Source: a phage. From it: a stretch of 64,000 nt of DNA. The first letter of the stretch is position 1, and every line of letters starts with the position of its first letter. The stretch lies in sequence record NC_104726.1. One strand, 5' to 3'. The notes beneath the pieces are model-generated. The model did not search any database. It saw only the letters and a program-made list of their open reading frames with translations, and had not been told where the DNA came from. The position numbers were made by a program, and so were the translations under genes. This document shows, in pieces, positions 9,233-19,359 of the stretch.

Positions 9233-9490
9233 ATGGCAACAGAGGTAGTAATTAAAGCTGAACGCCCAGTTAAAAAAGCTATCAACACGTTCCCTGTGGG
9301 AACCATTGTGAGCATGATCACAGAGTCAGGTCGTGTATCTACGCTGCTGATTGTGAAATCTGCATGTTCTTCTTGTGTGTGGGCTTACGATCTGGACAAG
9401 AAAGAACTAAAATATTTTGTTGGGGAGCTGAAAGCAACCGAGCTCGATGCTCGTATCGAAGTATTTGGTGAAACTATGGAGGAAGAGTAA
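9233..9490 (+). CDS. hypothetical protein (~85 aa)
   Basis: AGAGAGG abuts the track ATG at 9224; ATG 9233 has proper spacing. Confidence 0.45.
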   Translation: MATEVVIKAERPVKKAINTFPVGTIVSMITESGRVSTLLIVKSACSSCVWAYDLDKKELKYFVGELKATELDARIEVFGETMEEE

Positions 9491-9753
9491 TGACCACGAA
9501 AATCACTATTGCAGAACCGAAAGCTAACACGCAACCTATCGAAAAATTTAAATGTGGTGAGGTGGTAACATTCACACCAGATAATGAAGATGCTAAGATT
9601 TTCGCAATGGTCACAGCTGAGTGGATGTGTGACAACACCACACAGGTTCTGCGTTTTGACACCTATCTTACCGATGAAATCAGGAACGACAAGATTGTGA
9701 CTGGTGTGGATACTGAGATTGTTTTCTACAAGAGCTTTTTAGAGGGTTTCTGA
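9490..9753 (+). CDS. hypothetical protein (87 aa)
   Basis: ATG with GGAGGAAGAG upstream; start overlaps upstream stop. Confidence 0.45.
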   Translation: MTTKITIAEPKANTQPIEKFKCGEVVTFTPDNEDAKIFAMVTAEWMCDNTTQVLRFDTYLTDEIRNDKIVTGVDTEIVFYKSFLEGF

Positions 9754-9754
9754 T

Positions 9755-9988
9755 ATGGCAAAAATTCGTAAATTATCTAGCAATCAGGTTGTGAAAGACT
9801 TTGAATCTGGAGAGATTCTTTATGTTCGTGATGCAGATGACGAAGGTGAAGATCTCGTTATGTTGGTGGGGCACGCTGAGGACGGATGCATCCAAGCTGT
9901 TTTTCTTGAAACAGCTATGGTGCACTGGATAGAGCTGGACCTGAAAGCACGAAAACCTAAAGCAGAAATCCTGATTTACGAAGATTAA
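9755..9988 (+). CDS. hypothetical protein (77 aa)
   Basis: ATG 9755 with AGAGGG upstream. Confidence 0.45.
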   Translation: MAKIRKLSSNQVVKDFESGEILYVRDADDEGEDLVMLVGHAEDGCIQAVFLETAMVHWIELDLKARKPKAEILIYED

Positions 9989-10003
9989 TAAAAGGAGAGA
10001 GCC

Positions 10004-10453
10004 GTGTTGAGCAAACGTGAATGCGACAGCATTAGCCTGAATTCTTATAAGAAACAATGGTTTGGGGTAGAAGTTTGCCGACTGCGGCTAGGCTCCTACC
10101 TGAACTTCGTTTATTATGAGAGCGACAGCCGTATCGTTTCTTATGAAGTGTTCTACACTAAGAACACCTTCGAACTACGCCGTAAAGTGGATGGCGGGAG
10201 AACTACCACCCAGAATAATTGGGAAACTATCCTCCCTACAGATGTTATAGGAAGTCCCCTGAATGTATCTGAAGATGAAAATCTTATGGTTCATGCTATG
10301 ATGGGACTTGACAGCTTAGAGCTGGCGATCTATGATATGTCCATCGAAGCAGTTAAGCTGGACTACATCGAAAACACTTTAGAGGAAGGTATCAAGAGGT
10401 TTCTCAGTGAGAAATTAAAAGACTACTTTCATAAGGAGCTATACCTATTATGA
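10004..10453 (+). CDS. hypothetical protein (149 aa)
   Basis: GTG start at 10004 with AAAGGAGAGAG upstream. Confidence 0.45.
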   Translation: MLSKRECDSISLNSYKKQWFGVEVCRLRLGSYLNFVYYESDSRIVSYEVFYTKNTFELRRKVDGGRTTTQNNWETILPTDVIGSPLNVSEDENLMVHAMMGLDSLELAIYDMSIEAVKLDYIENTLEEGIKRFLSEKLKDYFHKELYLL

Positions 10454-10695
10454 AGACCCGTAAAGAACGTAACAAAATTTTACCTGGAGCTCTCGAACAC
10501 CTGATGAAGTGCAGATCTATTTGGCACTCTGCCAAGGAAGGGCAGAAGGTGGTTGTGGTTAGTGACAATACCAACCCGTTTGGAGATTATACCACCATGA
10601 TGGCCCCATATGTCCGTGATGGCGTTGTAGAAGTGGTCCCTTACAACGGTCTGCATGAACGGCACTTTGAAAGCACTTTGTTAGTGGAGCTATAG
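10450..10695 (+). CDS. hypothetical protein (81 aa)
   Basis: ATG 10450 with AAGGAG upstream; overlaps upstream stop. Confidence 0.45.
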   Translation: MKTRKERNKILPGALEHLMKCRSIWHSAKEGQKVVVVSDNTNPFGDYTTMMAPYVRDGVVEVVPYNGLHERHFESTLLVEL

Positions 10696-10697
10696 TC

Positions 10698-11264
10698 ATG
10701 GCGGTCAATGTGGCTTACAACACAGGAAAGCTTGACAGAGACATTGGGTGTCTTGTCCTTTCAGATACAGAAGAGTATTGGGGTTATGGGTTGCTGTCAG
10801 ACCCACACCCGAGCAACCTTGTATCAACAGTGCTATACCGCTACGACCCTGTGCCAACGGTACACGACAAAGACATTCACGACCTTCGGATCAAGTGTCT
10901 GGAAGATCTGCTGAACAATGGTTGCAACAATCTGCGGGTAGCCAAGGAGAAGCTTACAAACATTCACAAAGAGGAAGTGATGAGCACTCTCAGTAAGAGA
11001 TCAGTGCACAAAAAGATGATGCTGAACTTTGCAATGGGTATCTACATGGACGGGTATAAGGGCGGGGACCCGATTCTCAAGCTTCGCTGCCCAACACTGT
11101 GGGAAAGGGTGGTTGACAGTAAGGACGGCACTGCCCTGCTTGAGCTTCACACTGCAGGTTGGATATGGCGGTATGTTGATGGATACCCTCTATGGGCATG
11201 TGGGCCTGGGGAATTTGTTGACAGGCCTAGTGCGGTGGTGGACTTGCTATTGCAGTTTGAATAA
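10698..11264 (+). CDS. hypothetical protein (188 aa)
   Basis: ATG 10698 with GGAG upstream. Confidence 0.45.
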   Translation: MAVNVAYNTGKLDRDIGCLVLSDTEEYWGYGLLSDPHPSNLVSTVLYRYDPVPTVHDKDIHDLRIKCLEDLLNNGCNNLRVAKEKLTNIHKEEVMSTLSKRSVHKKMMLNFAMGIYMDGYKGGDPILKLRCPTLWERVVDSKDGTALLELHTAGWIWRYVDGYPLWACGPGEFVDRPSAVVDLLLQFE

Positions 11265-11319
11265 AAGTGAGATATAAGGTGTTCATGCACCTACCAACAA
11301 TACAACAAGAGAGACTGAG

Positions 11320-11595
11320 ATGACGAAAGAAGAAGCTGACGTATTAGACTTTGCACTGGAGGCTACGCAAGAGGCTCTGGTGTTAGCTTGGAAAATGAAC
11401 CAGCGTGCTGCAGAATGCAACCGCCGAATCAATGAGATTCTTGGCATGTCTATGTATGATTTCACTATGCATGCCGGAGAGATTCCTGAATTAGCTGCTG
11501 AGATGAATGATCTTGACGATAAAATTAATATTATTCTGAAGACAGCAGAAACAACTCACCAAACCGCCCGTAAATTTATCAACGAGAAGGTGTGA
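11320..11595 (+). CDS. hypothetical protein (91 aa)
   Basis: ATG 11320 with AGAGAG upstream. Confidence 0.45.
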   Translation: MTKEEADVLDFALEATQEALVLAWKMNQRAAECNRRINEILGMSMYDFTMHAGEIPELAAEMNDLDDKINIILKTAETTHQTARKFINEKV

Positions 11596-11597
11596 AT

Positions 11598-12062
11598 ATG
11601 GACTACAGCTACTGCGGGGAAGAGGTCCCTTTTAACTACAGCAATCTTACCACAAGCAATCCATATGAGACTCGCCACGGTACGCACATCATTGCCATTG
11701 ACTTTGATGGAACGTTTAATGCGAGCCCTTTCATCTTCTCCCGCCTGATCAGGGATCTGAAGAAGGAGGGGTGGACAGTCTACCTTGTGACTTTCCGATT
11801 CATTACTCAAGACAATGTAGACATTGAGTATTGGCGCAAGGAGCTTGATGTTGGCGTGTTTTATACTGGAGGTGTTCAGAAGGCAGCCTATCTGGCGCAG
11901 TTTGATATCTACCCAGATATCTGGATTGATGATTCTCCGGCATGTATTCCGGCTAAAAATCAGTTAGAGTTTGCAATGAAGGAGATCGAGTATAAGTCTG
12001 AAGCTAAGCGGAACGGATGGCCATTTATTATTGAAGATTACCCAGATCCTGAACCGGAGTAA
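11598..12062 (+). CDS. HAD-superfamily hydrolase-like protein
   Basis: HAD motif I IIAIDFDGTF and distal acidic motif IWIDDSP; ATG 11598 with GAGAAGG upstream. Confidence 0.45.
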   Translation: MDYSYCGEEVPFNYSNLTTSNPYETRHGTHIIAIDFDGTFNASPFIFSRLIRDLKKEGWTVYLVTFRFITQDNVDIEYWRKELDVGVFYTGGVQKAAYLAQFDIYPDIWIDDSPACIPAKNQLEFAMKEIEYKSEAKRNGWPFIIEDYPDPEPE

Positions 12063-12067
12063 GAGCC

Positions 12068-12238
12068 ATGAGGCGAAGATATCATCACCTGATGTGGAAG
12101 TTATATCATGGTGCTGCTAAAGCTTACCGCACCGTGTTTGGTAATGACAATCACTGCATTATGTTACACCTTACCGCCATTGAACATCACAATGAGTGGA
12201 TTCGTGCAATCGTAATAGGTGACAAAGATTTTAAGTAA
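12068..12238 (+). CDS. possible small ORF (56 aa), not in supplied track
   Basis: ATG 12068 to TAA 12236-12238 in a 206-bp gap; weak ribosome-binding site. Confidence 0.2.
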   Translation: MRRRYHHLMWKLYHGAAKAYRTVFGNDNHCIMLHLTAIEHHNEWIRAIVIGDKDFK

Positions 12239-12268
12239 AGTATTGCTTTCTAGATGGAGACTGATTAA

Positions 12269-12649
12269 ATGTGCAAGTGTAAATCCTATAATTGGAAAGT
12301 GAAAGGTGCCAAGCATCAAAATGTTATCGTTGATGTGCCTAAAAAGCTCCGTGACGGCAAAAAACGTGTGTGCCTTGATAAGTGCATGGCTAAGCCTATC
12401 ATGAGTCTATGGGCGGCAGGATTGAAAACTCTAAACTGCTGCTGTGGTCATAACAAAGATGTTCCAAGTATCATTATCCCAGAAGATGCAGACCCTAAAG
12501 CTTATGCCAAAATACTGACCCGCTACCCCAGCACCTTCCTGATCGGAAAATGGTGTCACGATGAACTTCAATGGTGGGTAGCATACGGTAGTATAGGTAC
12601 TGCTTTTGGCTTTCCAGCTCTGTCAGAGCGCTACGTCAAAGTGTCATAA
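12269..12649 (+). CDS. hypothetical Cys-rich protein (126 aa)
   Basis: ATG 12269 with GGAGA upstream; multiple Cys clusters (CKCK, CLDKC, NCCCGH). Confidence 0.45.
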   Translation: MCKCKSYNWKVKGAKHQNVIVDVPKKLRDGKKRVCLDKCMAKPIMSLWAAGLKTLNCCCGHNKDVPSIIIPEDADPKAYAKILTRYPSTFLIGKWCHDELQWWVAYGSIGTAFGFPALSERYVKVS

Positions 12650-12754
12650 TCGATTTTAAGGCCTCAAAAGAGGCCTGTGCCTTCAATAACTCCACCCTCT
12701 CTTGTGATTACACCCACCTTTCAAAAAACTTCCCCAAAACGCTTAAAAATGTTG

Positions 12755-12784
12755 TTGACAGCACACACCTCAGTTTGCTATTCT
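12755..12784 (+). promoter_or_regulatory. sigma70-like promoter (TTGACA-N18-TATTCT)
   Basis: -35 TTGACA at 12755-12760 and -10-like hexamer at 12779-12784, in the 168-bp gap upstream of gene 12818. Confidence 0.3.
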
Positions 12785-12817
12785 CATTATCACAGATACA
12801 GAACGGAGTAACAAAAA

Positions 12818-13147
12818 ATGGCACATGTGAATATTAAACTACATTATCATGGTAGAAAACCAAAATATCCAATGCATAAAGTATTTTGGGGATTGCATAT
12901 CCAAGAAAAAGAAGGTATTGGTTACTGGTTTTGTGACCACGATAGACAATGGCATACCCATGAAGAAGTGTGCACTATGATGGAGCAGGGTATTAAATTT
13001 AATTTCTCAAACTATGATCATGGTGTTAATTGCATTCGAAAATTGAAACGATTTCTTAGAAAGAATCCTGAACTTAAAGGGCTTACATTCTTTATGTCTC
13101 ATAACTACATGGGGTATAGCGCTACTGTAACTGCAAGGATTAAGTAA
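12818..13147 (+). CDS. hypothetical protein (109 aa)
   Basis: ATG 12818 with GGAG upstream. Confidence 0.45.
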   Translation: MAHVNIKLHYHGRKPKYPMHKVFWGLHIQEKEGIGYWFCDHDRQWHTHEEVCTMMEQGIKFNFSNYDHGVNCIRKLKRFLRKNPELKGLTFFMSHNYMGYSATVTARIK

Positions 13148-13148
13148 T

Positions 13149-13367
13149 ATGAGCAAAGTAAAATTTGTTAAATTTAAAAATCCTAATGGAATAACAGCCC
13201 TTATGATGGGTGTACACTTTACACCGGGCAAAGAGTATGAGGCAGATGTATACAATGGGATAGATGGTAAAGGTGGGATAGGTGTGTGGACAAACCGTGG
13301 AGAAAGATACTTTATCAAGGATATAGATGCTCACTGGGGTATTTGGGAAGTTGTTGGAGATCTGTGA
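13149..13367 (+). CDS. hypothetical protein (72 aa)
   Basis: ATG 13149 with AAGGA upstream. Confidence 0.45.
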   Translation: MSKVKFVKFKNPNGITALMMGVHFTPGKEYEADVYNGIDGKGGIGVWTNRGERYFIKDIDAHWGIWEVVGDL

Positions 13368-13436
13368 TGATGAAATGAAATACTGTTTCTTCGGCAATAT
13401 GTAATATAGATTGGTTAAATATGGAGACTGATAGAG

Positions 13437-13637
13437 ATGGCTGATTTTTGTAAAGACTGTTCTGAAGAGTTGTTTGGTCGTGACTGCGGAGATCTGAAAG
13501 GATTGATCACTGAGGATCAGTGGAAGGAAGGCTATGCAGCACCTGTTATTTGTGAAGGCTGTGGTTACACCTATGTCGATCATGAAGGTAAGCGTGTCCA
13601 GCCGTCTGAAGATGGGTCGTGTTGGGAATATTACTAA
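13437..13637 (+). CDS. small zinc-ribbon-like protein (66 aa)
   Basis: CKDC...CEGC paired Cys motifs; ATG 13437 with GGAGA upstream. Confidence 0.45.
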   Translation: MADFCKDCSEELFGRDCGDLKGLITEDQWKEGYAAPVICEGCGYTYVDHEGKRVQPSEDGSCWEYY

Positions 13638-13641
13638 TTAT

Positions 13642-13675
13642 AAAAAGAAAGGGGCCGTCTGGCCCCTTTTTATTT
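13642..13675. terminator. bidirectional intrinsic terminator between convergent units
   Basis: GGGGCC-GTCT-GGCCCC hairpin flanked by an A-run upstream and a T-run downstream; convergent genes end at 13637 and 13684. Confidence 0.6.
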
Positions 13676-13683
13676 GCCTCCTG

Positions 13684-16600
13684 TTAACTAGGGAAGTTTG
13701 TATAAGCTTCGAGATGGTATTGCTGGTCACCAGGTAGCATAACACCTATGCTTGCAACACCTAATGTTCTACCACCAGGATTCCACTGAAACTTAAATCC
13801 AATCCAACCCGAGCTTCTGGCTGCATCAATGTTGTCACTGTACCCAAAAGTTGCTAGGCCATCAACACCTGCTCCGAAAAGCAGTTGTATCTGGTTCCTT
13901 GGTAGGCCAATAATTTCAGGTATGTAAGCACCGAAAAATGTAGGGTTGGTGGTTGTGGTCGGATTGTCCATGACCGGACCGGTAAAGACCCTCATATTGG
14001 ACGTTCCTGCAGGTCTAGGGTAAGCCCCGTCAAGAGGATTTCCTTCCCAAATAAACCACTGAGGTGCCATCTGTCTGACAGTAAACGATGTTGAAGACGT
14101 TTTGCGGCCTGCATCATCTCTAACTACAAACTTTATGGTGACATTCCCAGTAGCTTTAAATGTTACCAGCCCTGTGGTGGCATCCACTGTTGCAATGTTG
14201 GTATTACTACTTTCCCAAGTCTTTCTAATCCCGGATACGTTGGAAGGGGTGATAGAAGGTTCCTGCATCTGCAGTTTACCGCCCACAATCCCTATGCCGT
14301 TGCCCGGATTATACAGCACACCGACCTCGTCTATAATGTTCCCTGCTTTGAGACTATACTTCCTTGAGAAGTTGTAAGTTCCGTTATAAGTGTGTGTCCC
14401 TGAGAATGTGACATCTGCCTTCCCGTAAGAGATGCAAACCAACGCATACTTCCTGTCAGGCAACGTTTCTCCAGTCTCTGGGTGAGTTTTACCAATCTGG
14501 AACACGCTGGGGTCAGTAGAATCGTGGCTATCGCTGACAGAGCTTGGACCACCCATCAACTGAGGTAAGCAATTCCTTACCCACGTCCAGTTATTATCGC
14601 TAGAGAAGTCAACAGTCAAATCAAACACAACCCACTCATTTGGCTTCCACACAGGTGTTGCGATGGACTTGCCTACACCACCTCCTTGGAGTGTTGCCGA
14701 CTGCTCGGTGATCAGGGCCGCATAGGCCAGAGTTCCTAAACTCAGAGTCTGGCTTGCTGTCCTCACTACCTTAGAATCAGCATCTGTGAAGTTGTTGATG
14801 ATTTGGAATGTGCCATAAGTGTTTTTACAGGTAATTCTGGCGTTCAGCGTGTCAATCTTCCTCACATCTGCCATAGCAGTGTTAGACACAGAGAAGTCAG
14901 AAGCTTTAGCTGAGTTTGCCGCAACAGCAGGATCAACGTTAAGAGTTGCGTTGAACTGACAGGCAGGGGTAACCAGCAGCTTGTTATCACCTATTTGCTT
15001 CCATGAAATACTTTGGACAGGTAGATTCCATTTAATACCTGAGAAAACTTTAGCAACCCTTGGCCCCAAAGCTCCAGTCCTGTTGTCTTTACAGCACATA
15101 GACATGGTGATCGTTGACGGAGTTGCCTGACCGAACAATTCCTGTGCTTTTGCAGAGGACATAGTGTAGAAATTGTCCTTAACAAACTCATCAGCGGCTA
15201 AAGATCCGTCAGCCCTCCACCACTGGACCTGATACCCTGTTTTATCCCAGCCTCCAACCTGCTTCAAGTCCTCCCAAGAGATTTCCAGATCCCCCGTGGT
15301 AGGGTTGATTGCAGCAGTTCCTGGTGTACCGGATGACCACAATGGGATATCAAACCACGCAGGTTTAACAGATTGCACTGCATTAGGACCTATTGCAGCA
15401 GCAAGTTGTTGACCCATCAGCACGCGAGCATCTTTCACCAGGCCCCATTCTATCATAGACCCAGAGTAACCTTCTTTCTTGTAGGCAGAGGATCCGTTCA
15501 AATGGATGAGCCTGCTGCAGTCGAAGCCATACGCTCCACCACCGTTAGGATCTGCAAAGTTGGTTATGATTCTATCCCTAATATTTTTCCATGCCCTGCC
15601 CCCAATCTCATAGTCATGGTCATAACATCTTTGCAGTGTTGTCCAGCAAATGATCGCCATCCTTCTACCATCGCTGAATCCAAAGGCCTGATCGTTAAGC
15701 TCTCTCCACAAGTAGCAGTTAGTGGTCCACATGGCCCTATGAATGTTAAACCAGTTTATAGATTTGGCTGAGTTGTCCCACTGAGTCCCAGGTAATTCAG
15801 GCCATACTGCATTAACCAGCATGTCTTCTGTTCCTGCATCAACCAAGAACCCTCTCACCTTCTTACCCATGCCTACCCTATCTTTTGCAATCCAGCTGCC
15901 AAACAATCTCAGTTTTGGACCGTAGACAACATCTTCCGGATGCTCAAAAGAAACATATTTTAGGTATATTGTAGGGTCACCATAGGTGCCATCACAAACA
16001 GCTTTGTGCATGTTCTCGCCAAGGTCTAGACGAAGTCCTGTTACAACTTTAGACGTGTCGGTGAATTTGTCTGTTAAATCAAACTCATACCACCACCAAC
16101 CTGCACCCAACAATACTTTCTTACAACGCTGTGCGTCTGTATCAGATATTCTCTTATCCTCTGCAAAAGGTGAGTCAGCAAACTGATAGTGCAGAGCGAT
16201 CTCAAAAGGATGTGTGGATGTCCCGTTTTCTGCAAGAACTTGTTTACCTATCAGGTCGCACTTAATGATCATCACAACACGTTTGTATCCGTTTGTTACC
16301 GGAATTTGCATGGACATGGATGTCCCATCCATGTTTGATCTCAGTGCAGTCATGATGATATAAGGGTCAACGGCATTGCCCAGAGTCTCAGGACCGGGGA
16401 TTATCTTATACTTCTTGACCTGCCCCATGATGTAGTCACTGGCGTAAGTTGCCTCATTCAAGCAAGATCCTCCACCAGGTAACTCACCAGGTCCCCAGAA
16501 AAATGCGCCGTAACAGTTGTAGAACCACTTGTTAGGATCGTATTTATTCTTGAAGGTCTGAACCTCGTTGGCCTGTTTTGTCAAGAAAACCTGCGTATCT

Positions 16601-19311
16601 GTGAAGATTGCAGGGTTTACTCTCGCCTGACGTGGAGGGTACCCTGTTGATTGGTTAAACCACTGATTACAAGAGTAATCCCTCATATAGTCATAATCAG
16701 AGTATTTGTTTGCATCCTCGTTCCAACACATGTTCAGGTTGGTACCACCCATGCATACAATATATTCTGCGACATACTTATCACTTCTGGTAGGAATACC
16801 TATGAACCATCTGTTAACAGGTTCATCCCAAGCTGTGCGCTCATCTTTAACGCAGATAGCAATCCAGTCATGTGTTCCTGTTTTCTTGCACACATCTCGC
16901 TTCATACCATAGTAGAACTCTTTAGTATTCGGCTCAGGTGCATTTATCAGGTAACTCCATGCCTGATTTGCATAAGTTCCATTGGTGCGTGGATCATGAT
17001 CAAAGGCATACATGATGATCCTTTCCCCACCAAGATGTTCGCCAAGAGTAACTTTGACATTCACATCTCCGTAACCATTGCGAACAACATCCATATTATC
17101 AATAGAGATACCTCTGGGCGTGTAGGCAATTTTCAGCGAATTATCTTCACTAGTGCCGCCAAGTGTAATCCCTATGTTGTTTGTTGTCCCGTCGACATAT
17201 CTTACTGTAGCTTCCCAGCGTATTCCGAAATATCCTGCATCATGGCTGACAATTTTCAGTGTACGAGCTCCCGGGTGAGGTTTTCCAGGATCAGGCCAAG
17301 GGTCTGGGTGTTCGTGAACAGTCAACGACGTTCCGTTCTGCTCATTAACCTGCAACATTTTACCACCCTTGCCATTAGGATTGAACTCCCACAAGGCTTG
17401 TGTTTTCACAATATTGTCATACGTGGCGCGTCTTTGATCGTAGATCTCTTGGGTCACATCATAAGTGACTGATCCAGCATCCATTCTGTGGAGTCTGACC
17501 ATATACGATGTATCCCCTTCTACTGCAGGCTGGGTCCCATTCAGCCCAAAGTATACAGTATCGTTAACATGGAACTGCTTGTTTCTACCAACGGTATGCC
17601 ACTTGCCGTTGGACGGATACGCAGGAACTATAGTGTTCCAGTTCAAAGTCCTTGTCGTATAGGTTCTTCCAGTGCCATGCTTGTCATGGTAGGTGATCTT
17701 GATAGAATACAAACCACGTCTGTTGATGTTACGGTTATACTGGGTGACCACAACTTCGTTAGCACCACCATGGTTCCAGTTAGTGGAGAACTGATAGTTT
17801 GCATCTGTAACAACAGTGCCTGCAGCATTTACCAACTCAATCTTGTCAATAATGAACGTAGCACCCTCCGGCTGAGGTTTCAATTTCATCTTGACAGTAT
17901 CTCCGATGTAAATGTTGCTAACATTGCTCACACCATTGACATCAAAGATGTCTTCGATACCCCAGCTATCTACCGGGACATTTTTATACCAATTCTCCGG
18001 AATCTCTGTGAACCCTTGGCTGTTAAGTCTGCCGCCAAAGAGGTTATTAGATCCTGAAAAACTACCACGTGGTATTCCTGACCACCAAAGCTTTCCATTT
18101 ACCACACAGAATGTGCCTAAGAAACCTTCCCTGTGGATCCCTTGAAAATAAACGCTTTCTGTCCAGCTTACTGGCTCTGTCTGTTCAACAAACTTAGCTG
18201 TTGCCAGCGCTCTGTAATGAATAAAATTGGCCCTAGGACTATTATTAGCAGATTGAGCACCAATATCGTTACACAGGTTTCTGGAGAAACCACGGTACTG
18301 TTTTGTACCATTATTGAAGAAAATTCCACTAGTCCCGTACCCGCGAGCCATAATTACTTCATGGGTATAGGTGATGTTAAGGCTTCTCCACGTGTCGTCA
18401 CCCCAAACATCCTGACCATAAAACACATTAACAAGCTGTTGGTCATCAGGTTTGTGCATCCTTTCTGTGGCTATAATTGCACCATTAGGTCCACACATGA
18501 ACCCTTTCCATGTCTCGCCCACCGGGATGCCTTTAAACTGGTCAAGAGTCACATGCTCGGCTGGATAAACTAGTGTGTTTTTGCTGTTATTTCTTAAGAA
18601 ATCGTAACCTGCAATCCAGAATCCGTTAGGACCACCAAAAATAACCGAGTTGTCATGAACTTCACAATTAATTCTTGGATTTTTCCAAGGACCTGTCTCT
18701 GGACTTTCAGATGTTTCACCGATCTTAACTGGAGTAGCGTGTTGACTTTTGTCAACATGAAGAGAGCCGTAAGTATTATTGCCAGAGCCGTACAGGTGAA
18801 GCATACCATCAGCCTCTGGTGCAGCAATTACCCACACGGTATTGTTTACGCCACCCATTACTTCAACAAGTCTCTCAGGATGGGTGTCCAAATGCAACCC
18901 TGTTACGATCTGTTCCGGCAAAGGTGTCCACTCTCTGACACAAACATCGTTTCCACCTGCTGCCTCCGATCCGATAAGACCAGCTGTGCAACCAATATAG
19001 AAAAATTTATTATCGAATGTGCGGATTACAAATGCACGGTCAGCTCTCCAAACATGGTCTACGTTCCAAGCTGCCTCATTAGGATAGTTTATTGTATCAA
19101 GATCTCCAGTCCGACACTCTCCGAACCTATTATAGCCAGTAATATTAAGCTGACCATCATCAAAAAGTATAGCTAAGCTATTTACATAGGATACTGTGTT
19201 GCTTGTACCATCACTGTTGTCTATTGGGTATGACAGAACAGCAAGTTCCTTAATTCCACCCCTCTTATCGAGGAAATGACGACCAAGTTTTAGCAAAGGG
19301 ATTGGAAGCAT
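13684..19311 (-). CDS. giant virion/tail-associated protein (1875 aa) with Ig-like (Big_2-type) domain
   Basis: Single 5.6-kb ORF at the distal end of the late region; Big_2-like segment IATVDATTGLVTFKATGNVTIKFVV; FN3-like segments. Confidence 0.5.
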   Translation of the reverse strand: MLPIPLLKLGRHFLDKRGGIKELAVLSYPIDNSDGTSNTVSYVNSLAILFDDGQLNITGYNRFGECRTGDLDTINYPNEAAWNVDHVWRADRAFVIRTFDNKFFYIGCTAGLIGSEAAGGNDVCVREWTPLPEQIVTGLHLDTHPERLVEVMGGVNNTVWVIAAPEADGMLHLYGSGNNTYGSLHVDKSQHATPVKIGETSESPETGPWKNPRINCEVHDNSVIFGGPNGFWIAGYDFLRNNSKNTLVYPAEHVTLDQFKGIPVGETWKGFMCGPNGAIIATERMHKPDDQQLVNVFYGQDVWGDDTWRSLNITYTHEVIMARGYGTSGIFFNNGTKQYRGFSRNLCNDIGAQSANNSPRANFIHYRALATAKFVEQTEPVSWTESVYFQGIHREGFLGTFCVVNGKLWWSGIPRGSFSGSNNLFGGRLNSQGFTEIPENWYKNVPVDSWGIEDIFDVNGVSNVSNIYIGDTVKMKLKPQPEGATFIIDKIELVNAAGTVVTDANYQFSTNWNHGGANEVVVTQYNRNINRRGLYSIKITYHDKHGTGRTYTTRTLNWNTIVPAYPSNGKWHTVGRNKQFHVNDTVYFGLNGTQPAVEGDTSYMVRLHRMDAGSVTYDVTQEIYDQRRATYDNIVKTQALWEFNPNGKGGKMLQVNEQNGTSLTVHEHPDPWPDPGKPHPGARTLKIVSHDAGYFGIRWEATVRYVDGTTNNIGITLGGTSEDNSLKIAYTPRGISIDNMDVVRNGYGDVNVKVTLGEHLGGERIIMYAFDHDPRTNGTYANQAWSYLINAPEPNTKEFYYGMKRDVCKKTGTHDWIAICVKDERTAWDEPVNRWFIGIPTRSDKYVAEYIVCMGGTNLNMCWNEDANKYSDYDYMRDYSCNQWFNQSTGYPPRQARVNPAIFTDTQVFLTKQANEVQTFKNKYDPNKWFYNCYGAFFWGPGELPGGGSCLNEATYASDYIMGQVKKYKIIPGPETLGNAVDPYIIMTALRSNMDGTSMSMQIPVTNGYKRVVMIIKCDLIGKQVLAENGTSTHPFEIALHYQFADSPFAEDKRISDTDAQRCKKVLLGAGWWWYEFDLTDKFTDTSKVVTGLRLDLGENMHKAVCDGTYGDPTIYLKYVSFEHPEDVVYGPKLRLFGSWIAKDRVGMGKKVRGFLVDAGTEDMLVNAVWPELPGTQWDNSAKSINWFNIHRAMWTTNCYLWRELNDQAFGFSDGRRMAIICWTTLQRCYDHDYEIGGRAWKNIRDRIITNFADPNGGGAYGFDCSRLIHLNGSSAYKKEGYSGSMIEWGLVKDARVLMGQQLAAAIGPNAVQSVKPAWFDIPLWSSGTPGTAAINPTTGDLEISWEDLKQVGGWDKTGYQVQWWRADGSLAADEFVKDNFYTMSSAKAQELFGQATPSTITMSMCCKDNRTGALGPRVAKVFSGIKWNLPVQSISWKQIGDNKLLVTPACQFNATLNVDPAVAANSAKASDFSVSNTAMADVRKIDTLNARITCKNTYGTFQIINNFTDADSKVVRTASQTLSLGTLAYAALITEQSATLQGGGVGKSIATPVWKPNEWVVFDLTVDFSSDNNWTWVRNCLPQLMGGPSSVSDSHDSTDPSVFQIGKTHPETGETLPDRKYALVCISYGKADVTFSGTHTYNGTYNFSRKYSLKAGNIIDEVGVLYNPGNGIGIVGGKLQMQEPSITPSNVSGIRKTWESSNTNIATVDATTGLVTFKATGNVTIKFVVRDDAGRKTSSTSFTVRQMAPQWFIWEGNPLDGAYPRPAGTSNMRVFTGPVMDNPTTTTNPTFFGAYIPEIIGLPRNQIQLLFGAGVDGLATFGYSDNIDAARSSGWIGFKFQWNPGGRTLGVASIGVMLPGDQQYHLEAYTNFPS

Positions 19312-19330
19312 TGTGTTCTCCAGATAAGAA

Positions 19331-19352
19331 AACCGCCCCGTCAGGAGCGGTT
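19331..19352 (-). terminator. hairpin AACCGC...GCGGTT with T-rich tail on minus strand
   Basis: Located between genes 19360-21105 and 13684-19311. Confidence 0.3.
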
Positions 19353-19359
19353 AGATATA

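Noticed and set aside
16651-17472. 273-aa plus-strand ORF inside the giant minus-strand gene
   Set aside because: Fully embedded antisense to a 5.6-kb ORF with a coherent protein-like translation; the plus-frame translation is Cys/Ile-rich and low-complexity; no ribosome-binding site.
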